From contig MTSL01000142.1 in the NCBI GenBank assembly GCA_002794465.1, forward strand, positions 10,093 through 42,092: DNA of 32,000 nucleotides, given 5' to 3'. This DNA comes from Paramicrosporidium saccamoebae KSL3. Its lineage: Eukaryota; Fungi; Cryptomycota. Positions 18,262 through 28,970 of this stretch are shown piece after piece; the first letter of the stretch is position 1; every line of letters begins with the position of its first letter. The notes under the pieces are model-generated. The model had not been told where the DNA came from and did no database searches. It saw only the letters and a list, made by a program, of their open reading frames with translations. The position numbers were made by a program, and so were the translations under genes.

Positions 18262-19776
18262 ATGCTAGACGTGGGGCCCAGCGAGTTTCGCGACTTGCTG
18301 TTGCTCAAACTGTTTAGTTTAATAGATGAATCAAGACGCTATCTGTCTGCAGTCTCTTCCATAGAGATAGAGTCTAGTGCAGCTCTTGAAGAATTCGAAG
18401 ATACTTGCAACGAGAACAACAGCAAGTGGGAAAACGAAATCCGACATCGAGTTGAGACAATATTCGACTGCACCTGCAAGGAACTTGAGGAAAAATATGA
18501 TGGAGCTCGGCTGGTTAGAGCGCATAGCCCATATGCAGACGATGAACTTAAATGTACTATTTTGTTTCGTCTCTTTGCCATAACGATACCTGATTTCGGC
18601 TATGACGCCCGCACTGGCGTAATCATGGACCATCTTCGGCTAATGCTTCGCATATCCAAGGAATTATATGTCCGCGATGTGGAACGCAACATGGCTGAGC
18701 AGATAAAGAATGGTTACCTGAGCGAGCAGCAAGACTTGAATGCACAGTCAACTTTGAACGGAAGACTGAGGAAAAGGCTTCTAATCGGATTGGGAGCTGT
18801 AACAGGAGGAGTAGCTCTGGGTGTGACGGCGGGATTTGCCGCACCAGTCGTGATTCCCTTTTTTGGGTCGCTTCTTGGACTATCTGCGGGTGCAGCCTTC
18901 CTCACCGGAACCACGGCTACGGCCATTTTTGTTGTAGTTTTCGGTGCCGGTGGTGCTGGACTTGCGAGCTACAAAGTAGAGCGCCGCTATCAAGACATAA
19001 ACAGCTTTCATTTTCGGCCTGTCACGTCGCAAGATCAAATGCGGGTGGCTGTTGGTATTTCGGGATGGATCACTGAGGATGCAGATATTTACCGTCCCTG
19101 GATGGGACTAGCCGTTCCGGGAGTTGATCTTTTCGTGTTGGAGGTGGAAAAGGAGTCTTTCAAGACGCTCGGATCAGCGCTGTCGAATCTTATACGGACC
19201 TCTGCCGTGGGATATGCAGCGTCCGAACTCTTGAAAACTACAGCGCTGGCCACCGCAATGGCGGCCCTATCTTGGCCAGTAACGGTGCTTCAGGCTGGTT
19301 CTTTGATCGACAATCCTTGGTCAGTGTGTGTGAATATTGCAGAAAAGTCTGGACTTGTCCTTGCCGACGCAATCAGAAAGCGTGTTCATGGACACCGACC
19401 GATCACTTTGGCCGGGCATTCACTAGGCGCTCTAGTCATTTTTACGTGTTTGAGAGAATTGGCCAAGGATCCCGACATTAACATGGGAGTAATTGAAAAT
19501 GTGGCTCTCTTTGGTCTTCCTGAAGTCATTTTTCCTCTGGAAGACTGGGTCCGCATGAGAATGCTAGTTGCTGGCCGCTTCGTCCACTGCTACAGCCGAA
19601 ATGACTGGGTATTGCGTTTCCTGTATCGCTCCACTGCCTTAACATCAGCAGACATTGCAGGATTAAATCCCATTTCCGTGACTGGAATTGAAAATGTCAA
19701 CATGAGCAATTTTGTCAAGGGGCACTTAGAATATGCAGAGAAGACTGCCGAAATGTTGGAAATGTTCAATCTCTGA
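18262..19776 (+). CDS. TMCO4/DUF726-family membrane alpha/beta-hydrolase-like protein
   Basis: Gly/Ala-rich TM block followed by LIDNPWSVC, RPITLAGHSLGA and HCYSRNDWVLRFLYR. Confidence 0.9.
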   Translation: MLDVGPSEFRDLLLLKLFSLIDESRRYLSAVSSIEIESSAALEEFEDTCNENNSKWENEIRHRVETIFDCTCKELEEKYDGARLVRAHSPYADDELKCTILFRLFAITIPDFGYDARTGVIMDHLRLMLRISKELYVRDVERNMAEQIKNGYLSEQQDLNAQSTLNGRLRKRLLIGLGAVTGGVALGVTAGFAAPVVIPFFGSLLGLSAGAAFLTGTTATAIFVVVFGAGGAGLASYKVERRYQDINSFHFRPVTSQDQMRVAVGISGWITEDADIYRPWMGLAVPGVDLFVLEVEKESFKTLGSALSNLIRTSAVGYAASELLKTTALATAMAALSWPVTVLQAGSLIDNPWSVCVNIAEKSGLVLADAIRKRVHGHRPITLAGHSLGALVIFTCLRELAKDPDINMGVIENVALFGLPEVIFPLEDWVRMRMLVAGRFVHCYSRNDWVLRFLYRSTALTSADIAGLNPISVTGIENVNMSNFVKGHLEYAEKTAEMLEMFNL

Positions 19777-20018
19777 GCATTGAGTATTGTAAATAGAGTT
19801 TTAGTATTACGAGATGATGGGGTTTTAAGGCTAGGGTGATGTGTTTTTACTAATGTTGGCAATTTGGAAAGGAGAAATTCAGGACACGCAAACATTGAAA
19901 CATACTCAACCTCAATTTTGGCCATTGAGTATTAGAAGTAAAAAATTTGCGATTGTGATACAATAAAGTACTTTTTCGTTTCGCTAACAATATTATTTCC
20001 AGTTAAATAGTTGTTGCA

Positions 20019-20938
20019 ATGCAGGATGGATATGGGAGAATTTTAAGAGTACTATCTTCCAGAGCATTTGCGTTCATCTCCTGCTTGGCTCTCGGAATAC
20101 TTGCTGGAATCCATTTCTATGATAATGGTAGACGGCCGTCCAAATCTCCCACTGCCTTTCATAGACAAGTACACACAGTCTTTTGTTTACATTTCAGGTG
20201 AACGAAATTCATTTAGTGACGCAGTGGTACTCTGACTCTGACAGTGAGCGACATGTCGAACTCATGGAGTCTGTTTGTCAAAACCTTCATAATCCGCATA
20301 TTAATCGGATCCATTTTATCGAGAGCGAAGCCCGTCATGTCTACAATCAGCTTGGACCGCATTGTAATGTAACACTAGCCCAACTTGGCAGAAAAGCGCG
20401 TTTCTATTCGTCTCGAGGATTACGATCAAATGTAGAATGGAGTGATCGTCTGACAGCGGGATCTGCCTTCCGGTTTGCCAGCAGATATCTCCCCGGTAAG
20501 ACGGTGATCCTCGCAAACCTCGACATTTATTTTGACGCCACGCTCCGTCTATTGAAATCGGACCAGTGGTTGTCTGTCTCGGCAATGTATTTTTTGTCGC
20601 GCTACGAATCAGATGAGCGGATCTCTATTGGAACCCAGTGTGGTCCTGCTTACATGGGCAGTCATGATTCCTTTGTTTTTGTGCCGCCTCTTCCGAGAGC
20701 GCTGGTAGAGCGGACAAATCAGCTAGCCTTGGGAATGCCTGGAATGGAAAATCGCATGATTCATGACTTTAGACGTGCAGGTATTCGGATCCTGAATCCG
20801 TGCAAATCAATTCGATCATGGCACTCGCATCGGAGTGGCGTCAGACATCTGGTGCTGCCGCTTGCTAATACGAATAATCAAAGCGGGATTGTGAGGCCCT
20901 CAAAGTTGATACGCAATCCGACCGCCGATGACTACTGA
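20019..20938 (+). CDS. Type II membrane protein with a putative GT-A-like (DxD-type) domain (2 exons)
   Basis: The N-terminal signal anchor exon joins in frame through a 29-nt intron (20169-20197). Motifs NLHNPHI, ILANLDIYFD, LSRYE, SHDSFVF, LGMPGMEN and NPCKSIRSWHSH. Confidence 0.65.
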
Positions 20939-21008
20939 TGGTTTCTCCTGTACATATTGACAGTAGCTCTTAGAGATAAACGATTTGTGAGCAACTAGGT
21001 CTTTTCCA

Positions 21009-21065
21009 AACTAATCAACCCTCTACGTCAAATACCCAACTAATCAATCCTCTACCTCTACGTCA
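21009..21065. repeat. Direct repeat AACTAATCAAYCCTCTACGTCA x2 upstream of the ankyrin gene
   Basis: Copies at 21009-21030 and 21038-21065; the second has an internal CTCTAC duplication. Confidence 0.8.
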
Positions 21066-21157
21066 CACAACAACTACATGTCCGTTGTGAGGTAGTAGTA
21101 AAGGCCCTTTATTGGCCGGCTACTAAAATCCCTGGCCCGTGAGTATACCGCCTCGCA

Positions 21158-22990
21158 ATGTTGCGTTCATTAATGTATGAATGCGATCATAGTATGGCCA
21201 GGGCCATGAAGACATTGCTTAATGCTCTCCTTTTTGTTCTCGCGAGCCAAGGAGCTTGTGTAGCTAAAGGCCCTAATTTAGGAGATGGCGACAACGGCGT
21301 AGGTACTAAAGTGGGGAGCTTAGCCGACCTGCTTGAGCGTGGCAATAGACTAGAGTTGAAGGAGCTGGACGTCGAACTTGGAAAAGCACTGGGAGAAGAC
21401 ATTAGCGTACAGGATGCCTGGATCATCATGTCCAACAGCGCAACGTTTCACAAAGATGCGATTCCACTCATCAGGGAAGCCGTGAAAATGGGCTATAATA
21501 ACTACCTAAAATGCATGCTGAATGTCAGTTTTCCCTGGTGGCAGAATGAAAATGATCGCCATTGGTTCTTGGCATTGTCATACAAGGCGAGCTGGTACAA
21601 CAAAGATTTGTGGACTGCACATCGACCAACTTTATATTGGAGGGAGCATATGGATGCCGCAATCAGGGCGGATAATCTGGTGTTTACACTATCTCGTCCC
21701 AGAACATTTGGAGCAGCTCTTAAAAACCCCGAAATGGTTGACAAGTTTATTGAACACGATTCTGCCAAGCTGGTGGGGCACTATATCAATGATTTGAGTG
21801 TATTTACTGACAAGGTACAAGACTTGGTGTCTGCTGGTTCCGTTAACATTCTGCGTTTTTTAACAGAACAGGACATTCCGCTGAATACAGTTAGCATCCC
21901 TATGGAGGATGCCTGCCGTGATGTGGAAATCTTGCGTTTACTGTACGGGTACGGATATCAAGTAAAACTGGAAAAGAGTGTGCTTAATACTTTTATGGAG
22001 GAGGGAAAGCTTGCGTACCTTGAATTCTTCTACCAGATCAGTGTGGAAAATCTTCCAAGTCATTATAGTGTTTTCGACGCAGCTATAGCAGGACACTTTG
22101 AGGCCGTCAAATGGGTAGCAAGCAAGTCTCGAGAGCTAATTCCGTCATATTTCACCCCGCGTGACAAAGTTGAAAGCGGCCATCTGGCGGTGCTACAATG
22201 GATATTTGAGCAGGACCAGATAAAGGAGATTCCCTGCTATATAATGGCGCAAGCTATTTTCAAGGAACAAGTGGACATTATGAACTGGGCATACGGAATC
22301 GATCCAGATATTTTAGAACGCTGCAAAGGATCGTTCCCATTAGCCAATGAAAGCCTCTGTGCGGACGGAAGTAGTGAAAGTTTGAAATGGCTACATGATC
22401 ATGACAAGGACCCAGCATTCCTTCTCAAAGAGTCTTGCTTATCTGCTGCCGCGAGAAACGGACGGCTAAATGTACTTACACTGGCCCGTCTCATAGGTTC
22501 CAATGCCCTTCCAACTGTCAGAGATCTTGATTGTACTGCTGGCCGGGGACATTTGGGTGTGCTCACATGGGCGTATTCTATTGACGAGAAACTTATTCCC
22601 ACTACAACCGGTGCGAATCACGCAGCGAAAAAAAATCACGTTGCAGTCCTCGATTGGTTGGCCTCAAAGAAGGTGTATCCCAGCCAGAAAGCTCTCGATA
22701 AGTGTGTTGAGCGTGGCAAATTGGAAACGGTGCACTGGATGATGAAAAAGTTCCCTACCATGGAGCCATCCTACTCGTCCACCCTTCAGGCTGCAGCTAC
22801 TGGCCGCATAGGAGTCATCAGGCATATTGACAAAACCAGGCCAAATTTACTCAAATATTCAGCGCTATTGGATGCAGCGAGAGCCAAAGGCTGGGATAGA
22901 ACTGTTGAGTTCTTAAAGGCAGCCGCATCAAGGTCCAAAGATGCTGCAGCCCCCGAATCCCGACTAGGATCGACGTATTGCTTAGTGTAG
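21158..22990 (+). CDS. Putatively secreted protein with degenerate ankyrin-like repeats
   Basis: Signal-peptide-like MKTLLNALLFVLASQGACVA (ATG at 21194 or 21206). About nine repeats of the A..G(H/R)L.VL.W type in the C-terminal half. Confidence 0.75.
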   Translation: MLRSLMYECDHSMARAMKTLLNALLFVLASQGACVAKGPNLGDGDNGVGTKVGSLADLLERGNRLELKELDVELGKALGEDISVQDAWIIMSNSATFHKDAIPLIREAVKMGYNNYLKCMLNVSFPWWQNENDRHWFLALSYKASWYNKDLWTAHRPTLYWREHMDAAIRADNLVFTLSRPRTFGAALKNPEMVDKFIEHDSAKLVGHYINDLSVFTDKVQDLVSAGSVNILRFLTEQDIPLNTVSIPMEDACRDVEILRLLYGYGYQVKLEKSVLNTFMEEGKLAYLEFFYQISVENLPSHYSVFDAAIAGHFEAVKWVASKSRELIPSYFTPRDKVESGHLAVLQWIFEQDQIKEIPCYIMAQAIFKEQVDIMNWAYGIDPDILERCKGSFPLANESLCADGSSESLKWLHDHDKDPAFLLKESCLSAAARNGRLNVLTLARLIGSNALPTVRDLDCTAGRGHLGVLTWAYSIDEKLIPTTTGANHAAKKNHVAVLDWLASKKVYPSQKALDKCVERGKLETVHWMMKKFPTMEPSYSSTLQAAATGRIGVIRHIDKTRPNLLKYSALLDAARAKGWDRTVEFLKAAASRSKDAAAPESRLGSTYCLV

Positions 22991-23377
22991 ATAACAATAT
23001 GGACCTTTTTATTTGTGCGAGACGATGGGAAACTTTGCTGCTAATAATTGGTAAAACGTAAGGTTTATAACAAAGATCCTGCCGGCCAATATCCGCCTAT
23101 GATTGGTAACCCTGTTAGCTACCCTACAATCCGGTGTGTTAAGGATGGTAGTTTATTTGCCACATACCTTGCTAAAGTTAACTCGCTCATCAATAGGCCC
23201 TTTACCGACATTTTGGAATTTCCGATTTGTAGATGTACTCTCACACAAGTATCGGCGTGGCCTGTCACGTGCAGTTGTCCTTGCCGATAGAGTACCGCAC
23301 CAACCTCGATGAATCCACCATACCAGATCGTCACCATATAGAACCGAGCTATCCCCATGCAACAATATAATACTGAA

Positions 23378-24031
23378 TTATCGCCGCAAGAATCCCAAGG
23401 CAAAGGTGGCAGCAGACATGAGATACCACGTTACAATGTACTCAAAGTGACGATTTGGAATGTCAATCTGTGGAGGACCAGCAATGGGTATCTCTTCTGT
23501 GCGTCGACTGATCCTCCGGAATATGATCGGTTGGCATCCGTAGTGTTTCGCCATTGCCTCTACATCGCGGTATGACCATCGTCCTTCGGCAGGATCATTC
23601 TCACTAACAGCAATGCTTTTCTTCTCTTCCCGATCCAGCATTACCTCCACATACGGCTTCTCCTCTAACCGTATCTCACCTTCTCTCCCTCTGGGCACCC
23701 GTCCGTAATCCACAAGCACTGTGCCGTCAGCCATCTGAAAGGGGAGGATGAAGGACATGGCAAAGTCAACATCCAGGTCACGAGCTCCGCGAGGACCCAG
23801 GAAAATGGGAGACATGCAGTTCGGAGTGCCGTACAATTTGAGCCGTCGGAAGCGGAGCGACTCGAGATCGATGGGCACATTGGTCAGTTTGAGGGCTGCA
23901 CGAGAGAGGCCCCGCTCTAGGTCACGTATCAGGTCCTGCTTTCGATTTAGGCGATAAACCTGCCATGTCCCCAAGCTGAAAAAGACTGCGGGAATGCCGT
24001 ATCGAAACCAATTCGGAAATGGTCGGCCCAT
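23378..24031 (-). CDS. SHY1: SURF1/Shy1 cytochrome c oxidase assembly factor
   Basis: FSLGTWQVYRL..K, LGPR, NDPAEGRWSYRDVEAMA and NRHFEYIVTWY motifs with two TM helices. Confidence 0.88.
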   Translation of the reverse strand: MGRPFPNWFRYGIPAVFFSLGTWQVYRLNRKQDLIRDLERGLSRAALKLTNVPIDLESLRFRRLKLYGTPNCMSPIFLGPRGARDLDVDFAMSFILPFQMADGTVLVDYGRVPRGREGEIRLEEKPYVEVMLDREEKKSIAVSENDPAEGRWSYRDVEAMAKHYGCQPIIFRRISRRTEEIPIAGPPQIDIPNRHFEYIVTWYLMSAATFALGFLRR

Positions 24032-24089
24032 CCTGGCACAGCGAAAGGATAATTTGTGGGTTTATAGTAATGACCCTTCCAACTGCTGC

Positions 24090-24772
24090 AATCCCTGGCT
24101 TGCAAATATATTATATCGCAATGCCACTTTCATTAATACATGGATGCGATCGGAGTATGGCCGGGGCCATGAAGACATTGCTGGGTACTCTTCTTTTCGC
24201 TTTAGCGAGTCAAGGAGTGCATGTGGCCAAGGCCCTAATTTAGGGGAGAGTGGCAGCGGCGCAGGCAATAAGGGGGCAAGCTGAGTCGACCTGCTTGAGC
24301 GTGGTAATGGACTGGCGTTAAAAGGGCTGGAGGTAGAGCTTGGAAAAGCACTGGGAGAAGGCATCAGTATACAGGATGCCTGGATTATCATGTCCAATAG
24401 CACAACGTTCCACAAGGATCCCATTACGCTTACCAGAGAGGCCATAAAATGGTCTATAATCATTAACTGAGATGCATGCTGATTTCCAGCCGCTCCTGGT
24501 ATTGCCATATAAAGCCCCCTGTTATGACAAAGATTTATGAAATGGTCATCAATCACAGCTGAATTGGGAGAAAAACATGGACGCAGTGATCAAGGCGGAC
24601 AATGTAGAATTCACAAAGACCCTCTCCGAGATACTAAAAGCCACGCTCCAAGATCCCGCAATCCGGTGTTTTGAAAGTGGTCTATAAAGAAGCCCTTGGT
24701 AAAGACACTTTTGATAAAGAAACCCTCTCGCTCACCAACAGGTCCTTTGTTGGAACCTGGTTGTAGATATAA
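24090..24772 (+). pseudogene. Degraded, internally deleted duplicate of the ankyrin-like gene and its flanks
   Basis: Co-linear similarity to about 21127-21735 (e.g. GGCCATGAAGACATTGCT, GACCTGCTTGAGCGTGG, CTTGGAAAAGCACTGGGAGAAG, CAGGATGCCTGGAT), with a 1-nt frameshift and stops. It then switches to similarity with the 3' flank at about 23127-23240. Confidence 0.85.
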
Positions 24773-24877
24773 CTTTGTGCATCTAGTCCCACAAATGTAA
24801 TCTTTTTCAATTCCTAGTTTGCAGAGACGCCACAGTAGAATCTCTCACATGCCATATGTCTCATATAACTGTATTAT

Positions 24878-25891
24878 TTATAAAAAATATTCGGGAGGAG
24901 GCTTCTTGGAAGGGACCACTGAAGCTTCCTGGGGAGCAGCTTCAAATAATTTAAATGAATGGTTCAGCTCGGAATCAACCACCATGATCGACGCAACGTT
25001 GCCGCATCGGTAACAATAGTTCGGTGCAGACCAAATGGTTACCAGAGTCTCGTCCCAAATCATCTTGTAGCCCTCCATGACCAGCTGATGGGCACGGGCA
25101 ATCATGCCAAGCCCGTTGTCGTGAAGAAACTTTTCTGCAACATCTGCGCCGAATTGGAAACCAGCTCCCCGGGGACTAAGACCCCAACCGACAATCTCTT
25201 CAGGATCGGACCAGAGCAAGTCACACATGGCTCCTTCGTGGGGTACCTCTCTCTTCCGGTCAATTTGACGGATCTGGTCCAAGGTATTGATGAGAGGAGA
25301 GAGACCGCCGTGGACAGCTAGGATCCGACCGTCAATAATGGCTGAAAGACTGAGATAGTCAAAGATGTCACAGCAATATCTCCACACGTTGGCGTTTCCG
25401 TATTTCCGGATACATTCGTCGTAAAAGCCGTATATCTGCGTAATCTGTCTGCTCTCATGGTTGCCCCTTATTAAGGTAATCCTACTCGGATAACGAACCT
25501 ATGGATTACCAAAGTACAATGGACGGACGTACTTTAAGGGCGAGGAGGAGGAGAAAGGTCTCGACACTATTGAAGCCGCGGTCGACAAAGTCGCCGAGGA
25601 AGAGGTAGTTGGTCTGTGGACACTCTCCACCGACTTTGAACAATTCCTTCAAGTCGTAGAATTGGCCGTGTATATCTCCGCATATCTACAAGCATTAGCA
25701 GACTTAAAATGGGTACAGTGACGGGTGCATCCACTCGCTGAACGTTGCTCTCCTCGACCAATATCTCACGTGCCAGTTGACACAGTTCTCGCACCTCTTC
25801 CTCCCCAATTAATTCACCATTTTTCAGCTGCTCCAGCACCCTACACCATGTGACGCAACTTTGGAGGACAATACCTGTCAAGGTGACTCAT
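24878..25891 (-). CDS. PPH3: Protein phosphatase 4 catalytic subunit (4 exons)
   Basis: GDIHGQF, GDFVDRG and RGNHE. PP4-type [19 protein letters not shown] and the C-terminal EYFL. Introns of 34, 31 and 34 nt. Confidence 0.93.
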
Positions 25892-25909
25892 CCCTGGGAG
25901 CCCGGTCCA

Positions 25910-28680
25910 ATGCGCCGATGGTTCGTCACTGCTAAGGAGCTAGCAGGGACACTCAATTTGCCCAAAACGACATTTCCGCAAAGGGTGGATTATGCAGCAG
26001 TGGAGGAGAGATACAGAAGTATCATATCGACAGAATTATACCAGGCACAGGTGGCGATCCGAGTTGGTCTGACTGTGGTAGCTCAATAAGGAGGGGCCTA
26101 CGTTTCTTATCCATGATGGGCCGCCCTTTGCCAATGGAAACCTCCACATTGGCCACGCCCTGAACAAGTTACTTAAGGATACCATTTTGAGGTCCAAAAT
26201 CGAAAAGGGCTATCGAGTAGAGTAACCATCTCGGCACTCTTTTTGATCCATAGATTCCGACCTGGATGGGACTGCCATGGTCTCCCCATTGAAATCAAGG
26301 CGCTTGCAAAGGCTCAAGGAAAATCCCTCACGCCGCTTCAGATCCGCAACATTTCTCAGCAATTTGCCCAAGATGCAATAAGCAGCCAAGCAGCAGAGAT
26401 GAAGAGATGGGGTTTGTTGGCTGACTATGAGCACCCGGTCCGTACCTTGGATCCAAGCTATGAGGCAGCCCAATTGCGAGTCTTTGGTCAGTTAGTGCAG
26501 CGAGGCTTGGTGTACGCTGACAAAAGACCGGTTTATTGGTCGCCTTCGTCAAGGACAGCGCTGGCAGAGGCTGAATTGGAGTATGTGGATGGTCACATTT
26601 CAAAAGCCTGTTTTGTAAAGTTTCCTATTGTGGGCACTTTGGATGAATATTTGCTGATTTGGACCACCACTCCATGGACAATCCCTGCAAATCAAGCGAT
26701 TGCAGTCAACCCAATGCTCAATTATGTACGTGTTAATGCGGGACGGGAAAAATACATTGTCGCCCAATCCAGGATGGATGATTTAAAGGACATGTTTGAA
26801 ACTGCACATGCCGCTGAAGCAGTCTCAATTGAAAGTCTATTGAACACTAAATACAAAAATCTATCAGGGAACTGCAATCCAGTGGTAGTTGGCGATTTTG
26901 TCACAAATGACGTTGGCACTGGGCTAGTCCATCTATCTCCTGCATATGGACAGGATGACTTTGCCACGTGTCGAAAGCATGGAATAGTTGAGCAGGAGAT
27001 TGTTGACATGAATGGAATGTACACTGACGCTGCTCCAGCAGAGTTGGCAGGAAAAAGCATCACGGATGTGGACGTACAGCTAGAGTTGTTGCGGACAAAA
27101 GGCCTATTGCTCCATAGCTACGACCATCGCCACCGATATCCATATGACTGGCGCACCAAAAAGCCTGTCATCCAAATGGCCACACGCCAATGGTTTATCC
27201 GAACTGGCCCCATATTGGCTGAACTCCATGCAGCTTTGGAACCGGTGCAGTTCCTACCCGCATCGGGAAAGAAGCGTCTAGCAAACATGTTGGATGCACG
27301 GCAGGAATGGTGCATCTCGCGACAGAGAGTGTGGGGTGTCCCAATTCCAGTGTTTTACGACAAGGAAACCGATTCTCCCCTGTTGGACGTTGCTGTAATT
27401 GAACATTTTGCCAATCTGGTAGCTCAAAATGGTACGAATGCGTGGTGGGAACTAGACAATATCGATTTGCTGCCTGACCAGTTTAAACATCTAGCCGATA
27501 GACTTGTACGTGGAAATGACACTATTGACGTTTGGTTTGATAGTGGCACCTTTTGGAGCTCCACTACCGACCCATCCGATATCTACATTGAGGGAACAGA
27601 TCAGCATCGTGGATGGTTCCAGTCGTCACTTATCACCTCGGTCGTGTCTCGTGGGATATCGCCATTTAAAAAGCTAGTCTCCCACGGGTTTGTGCTGGAC
27701 GAGCGGGGCAATAAAATGTCAAAATCAGTGGGCAATGTCATCGCACCGGATGAAATCATCAAGGGCACGGGAAAGCTTCCAAGGGGAACTGATGTTCTTC
27801 GTCTCTGGGCCGTCTCTTCAAATTTCCTAAGCGATGTGACAGTGGGGCCGATTTTGTTGGAGCGCACTGTCGAACTCCATCAAAAGTTGCGGAATACTTT
27901 TAGATTCATTTTGGGAAACTTGGTGGCGTTTCCTGGATCATTAAAATGGGAAGAACTAAAGGATGTTGATCGTTTGGTCCTGTCCAAATGCGAAACCATC
28001 AAGCAGCAGGTACAGCAAAAATATGACGAACTGGATTTCAGTGGTGGCATTGCTGTATTGCAAGCGTTTGTCATTGAGGATCTCTCGGCTTTTTACTTTG
28101 ATGTGATTAAGAATCGGCTGTATATAGACACTGCCCATTCCTTGGGTCGCCAAAGTGCACAAACTGCGCTGGGTCAGATTGCATTACGGCTGTTGTCTTT
28201 ATTAAGACCGGTTTCACCATATCTCTGTGCAGAAGTCACAGCGCATCTTCCCAACAGAAAAGAAATGCCGATTACTAACTCTGACGATAGTTTGGCACGG
28301 TTGATGCAGGTTCGGTCTGCAATGAGAATAGAATTGAACCGTCTCAGAAAAGAGCAGTAATTCGCCATGTTGAATGTGGTCTTGATGTTTATAGATTGTT
28401 GGAATCGACATATCAGGCGGACATTGAACTCTCCGACACAGAGGCGGGCTGGGACGATTTGGCAGAGATATTCATGGTCAATTCTGTCCGTCGACATTAT
28501 GGTAACCAACCTGCATTGTCAGTAGTGGAGATTGAGGGATTGGGACTAGTTCGTATATTGAGGGCAGAGCATGGAAAATGTCCCCGATGCTGGATGTATC
28601 GCTTGGAGACTGACGAGGAGATTTGCAGACCCTGCAATAGGGTTCTCAACCTTGGCGAGGTGTTGGCTAATGAGAATTAA
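25910..28680 (+). CDS. ISM1: Isoleucyl-tRNA synthetase, mitochondrial/bacterial type (4 exons)
   Basis: [68 protein letters not shown] and a C-terminal CPRCW..C..C zinc finger. Introns of 31, 32 and 38 nt. Confidence 0.95.
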
Positions 28681-28970
28681 GGAACGACTAAACCGCAAGA
28701 GTGCTTTGTCTTAGCGTCTCACATCTTGATGGCGCATCTGTAGACCAGAGATTTTAACAAAGGGACTGTTAAATAGTATCCGTTTATAATTGGTGCCTCC
28801 CCCAATGCAGATGGCGATCCTAAACACCATCTCAATTGCATTGAGGTCGACAGCCTATAAAGGCGCCACATTAGTAAAACTAATTCGCTCACCACTGGGG
28901 GGGCTTGCTTCCAGCCGCAAGATTAAATCTCATAAATGACACTAAATTGAAATTACTGGCTCGTTAATTA

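Noticed and set aside
28795-28855. Hairpin CAATGCA..GATGG/CCATC..TGCATTG followed by ACA, H/ACA-like
   Set aside because: No bipartite pseudouridylation pocket and no convincing 5' hairpin with an H box. It may simply be promoter sequence of the oxidoreductase.
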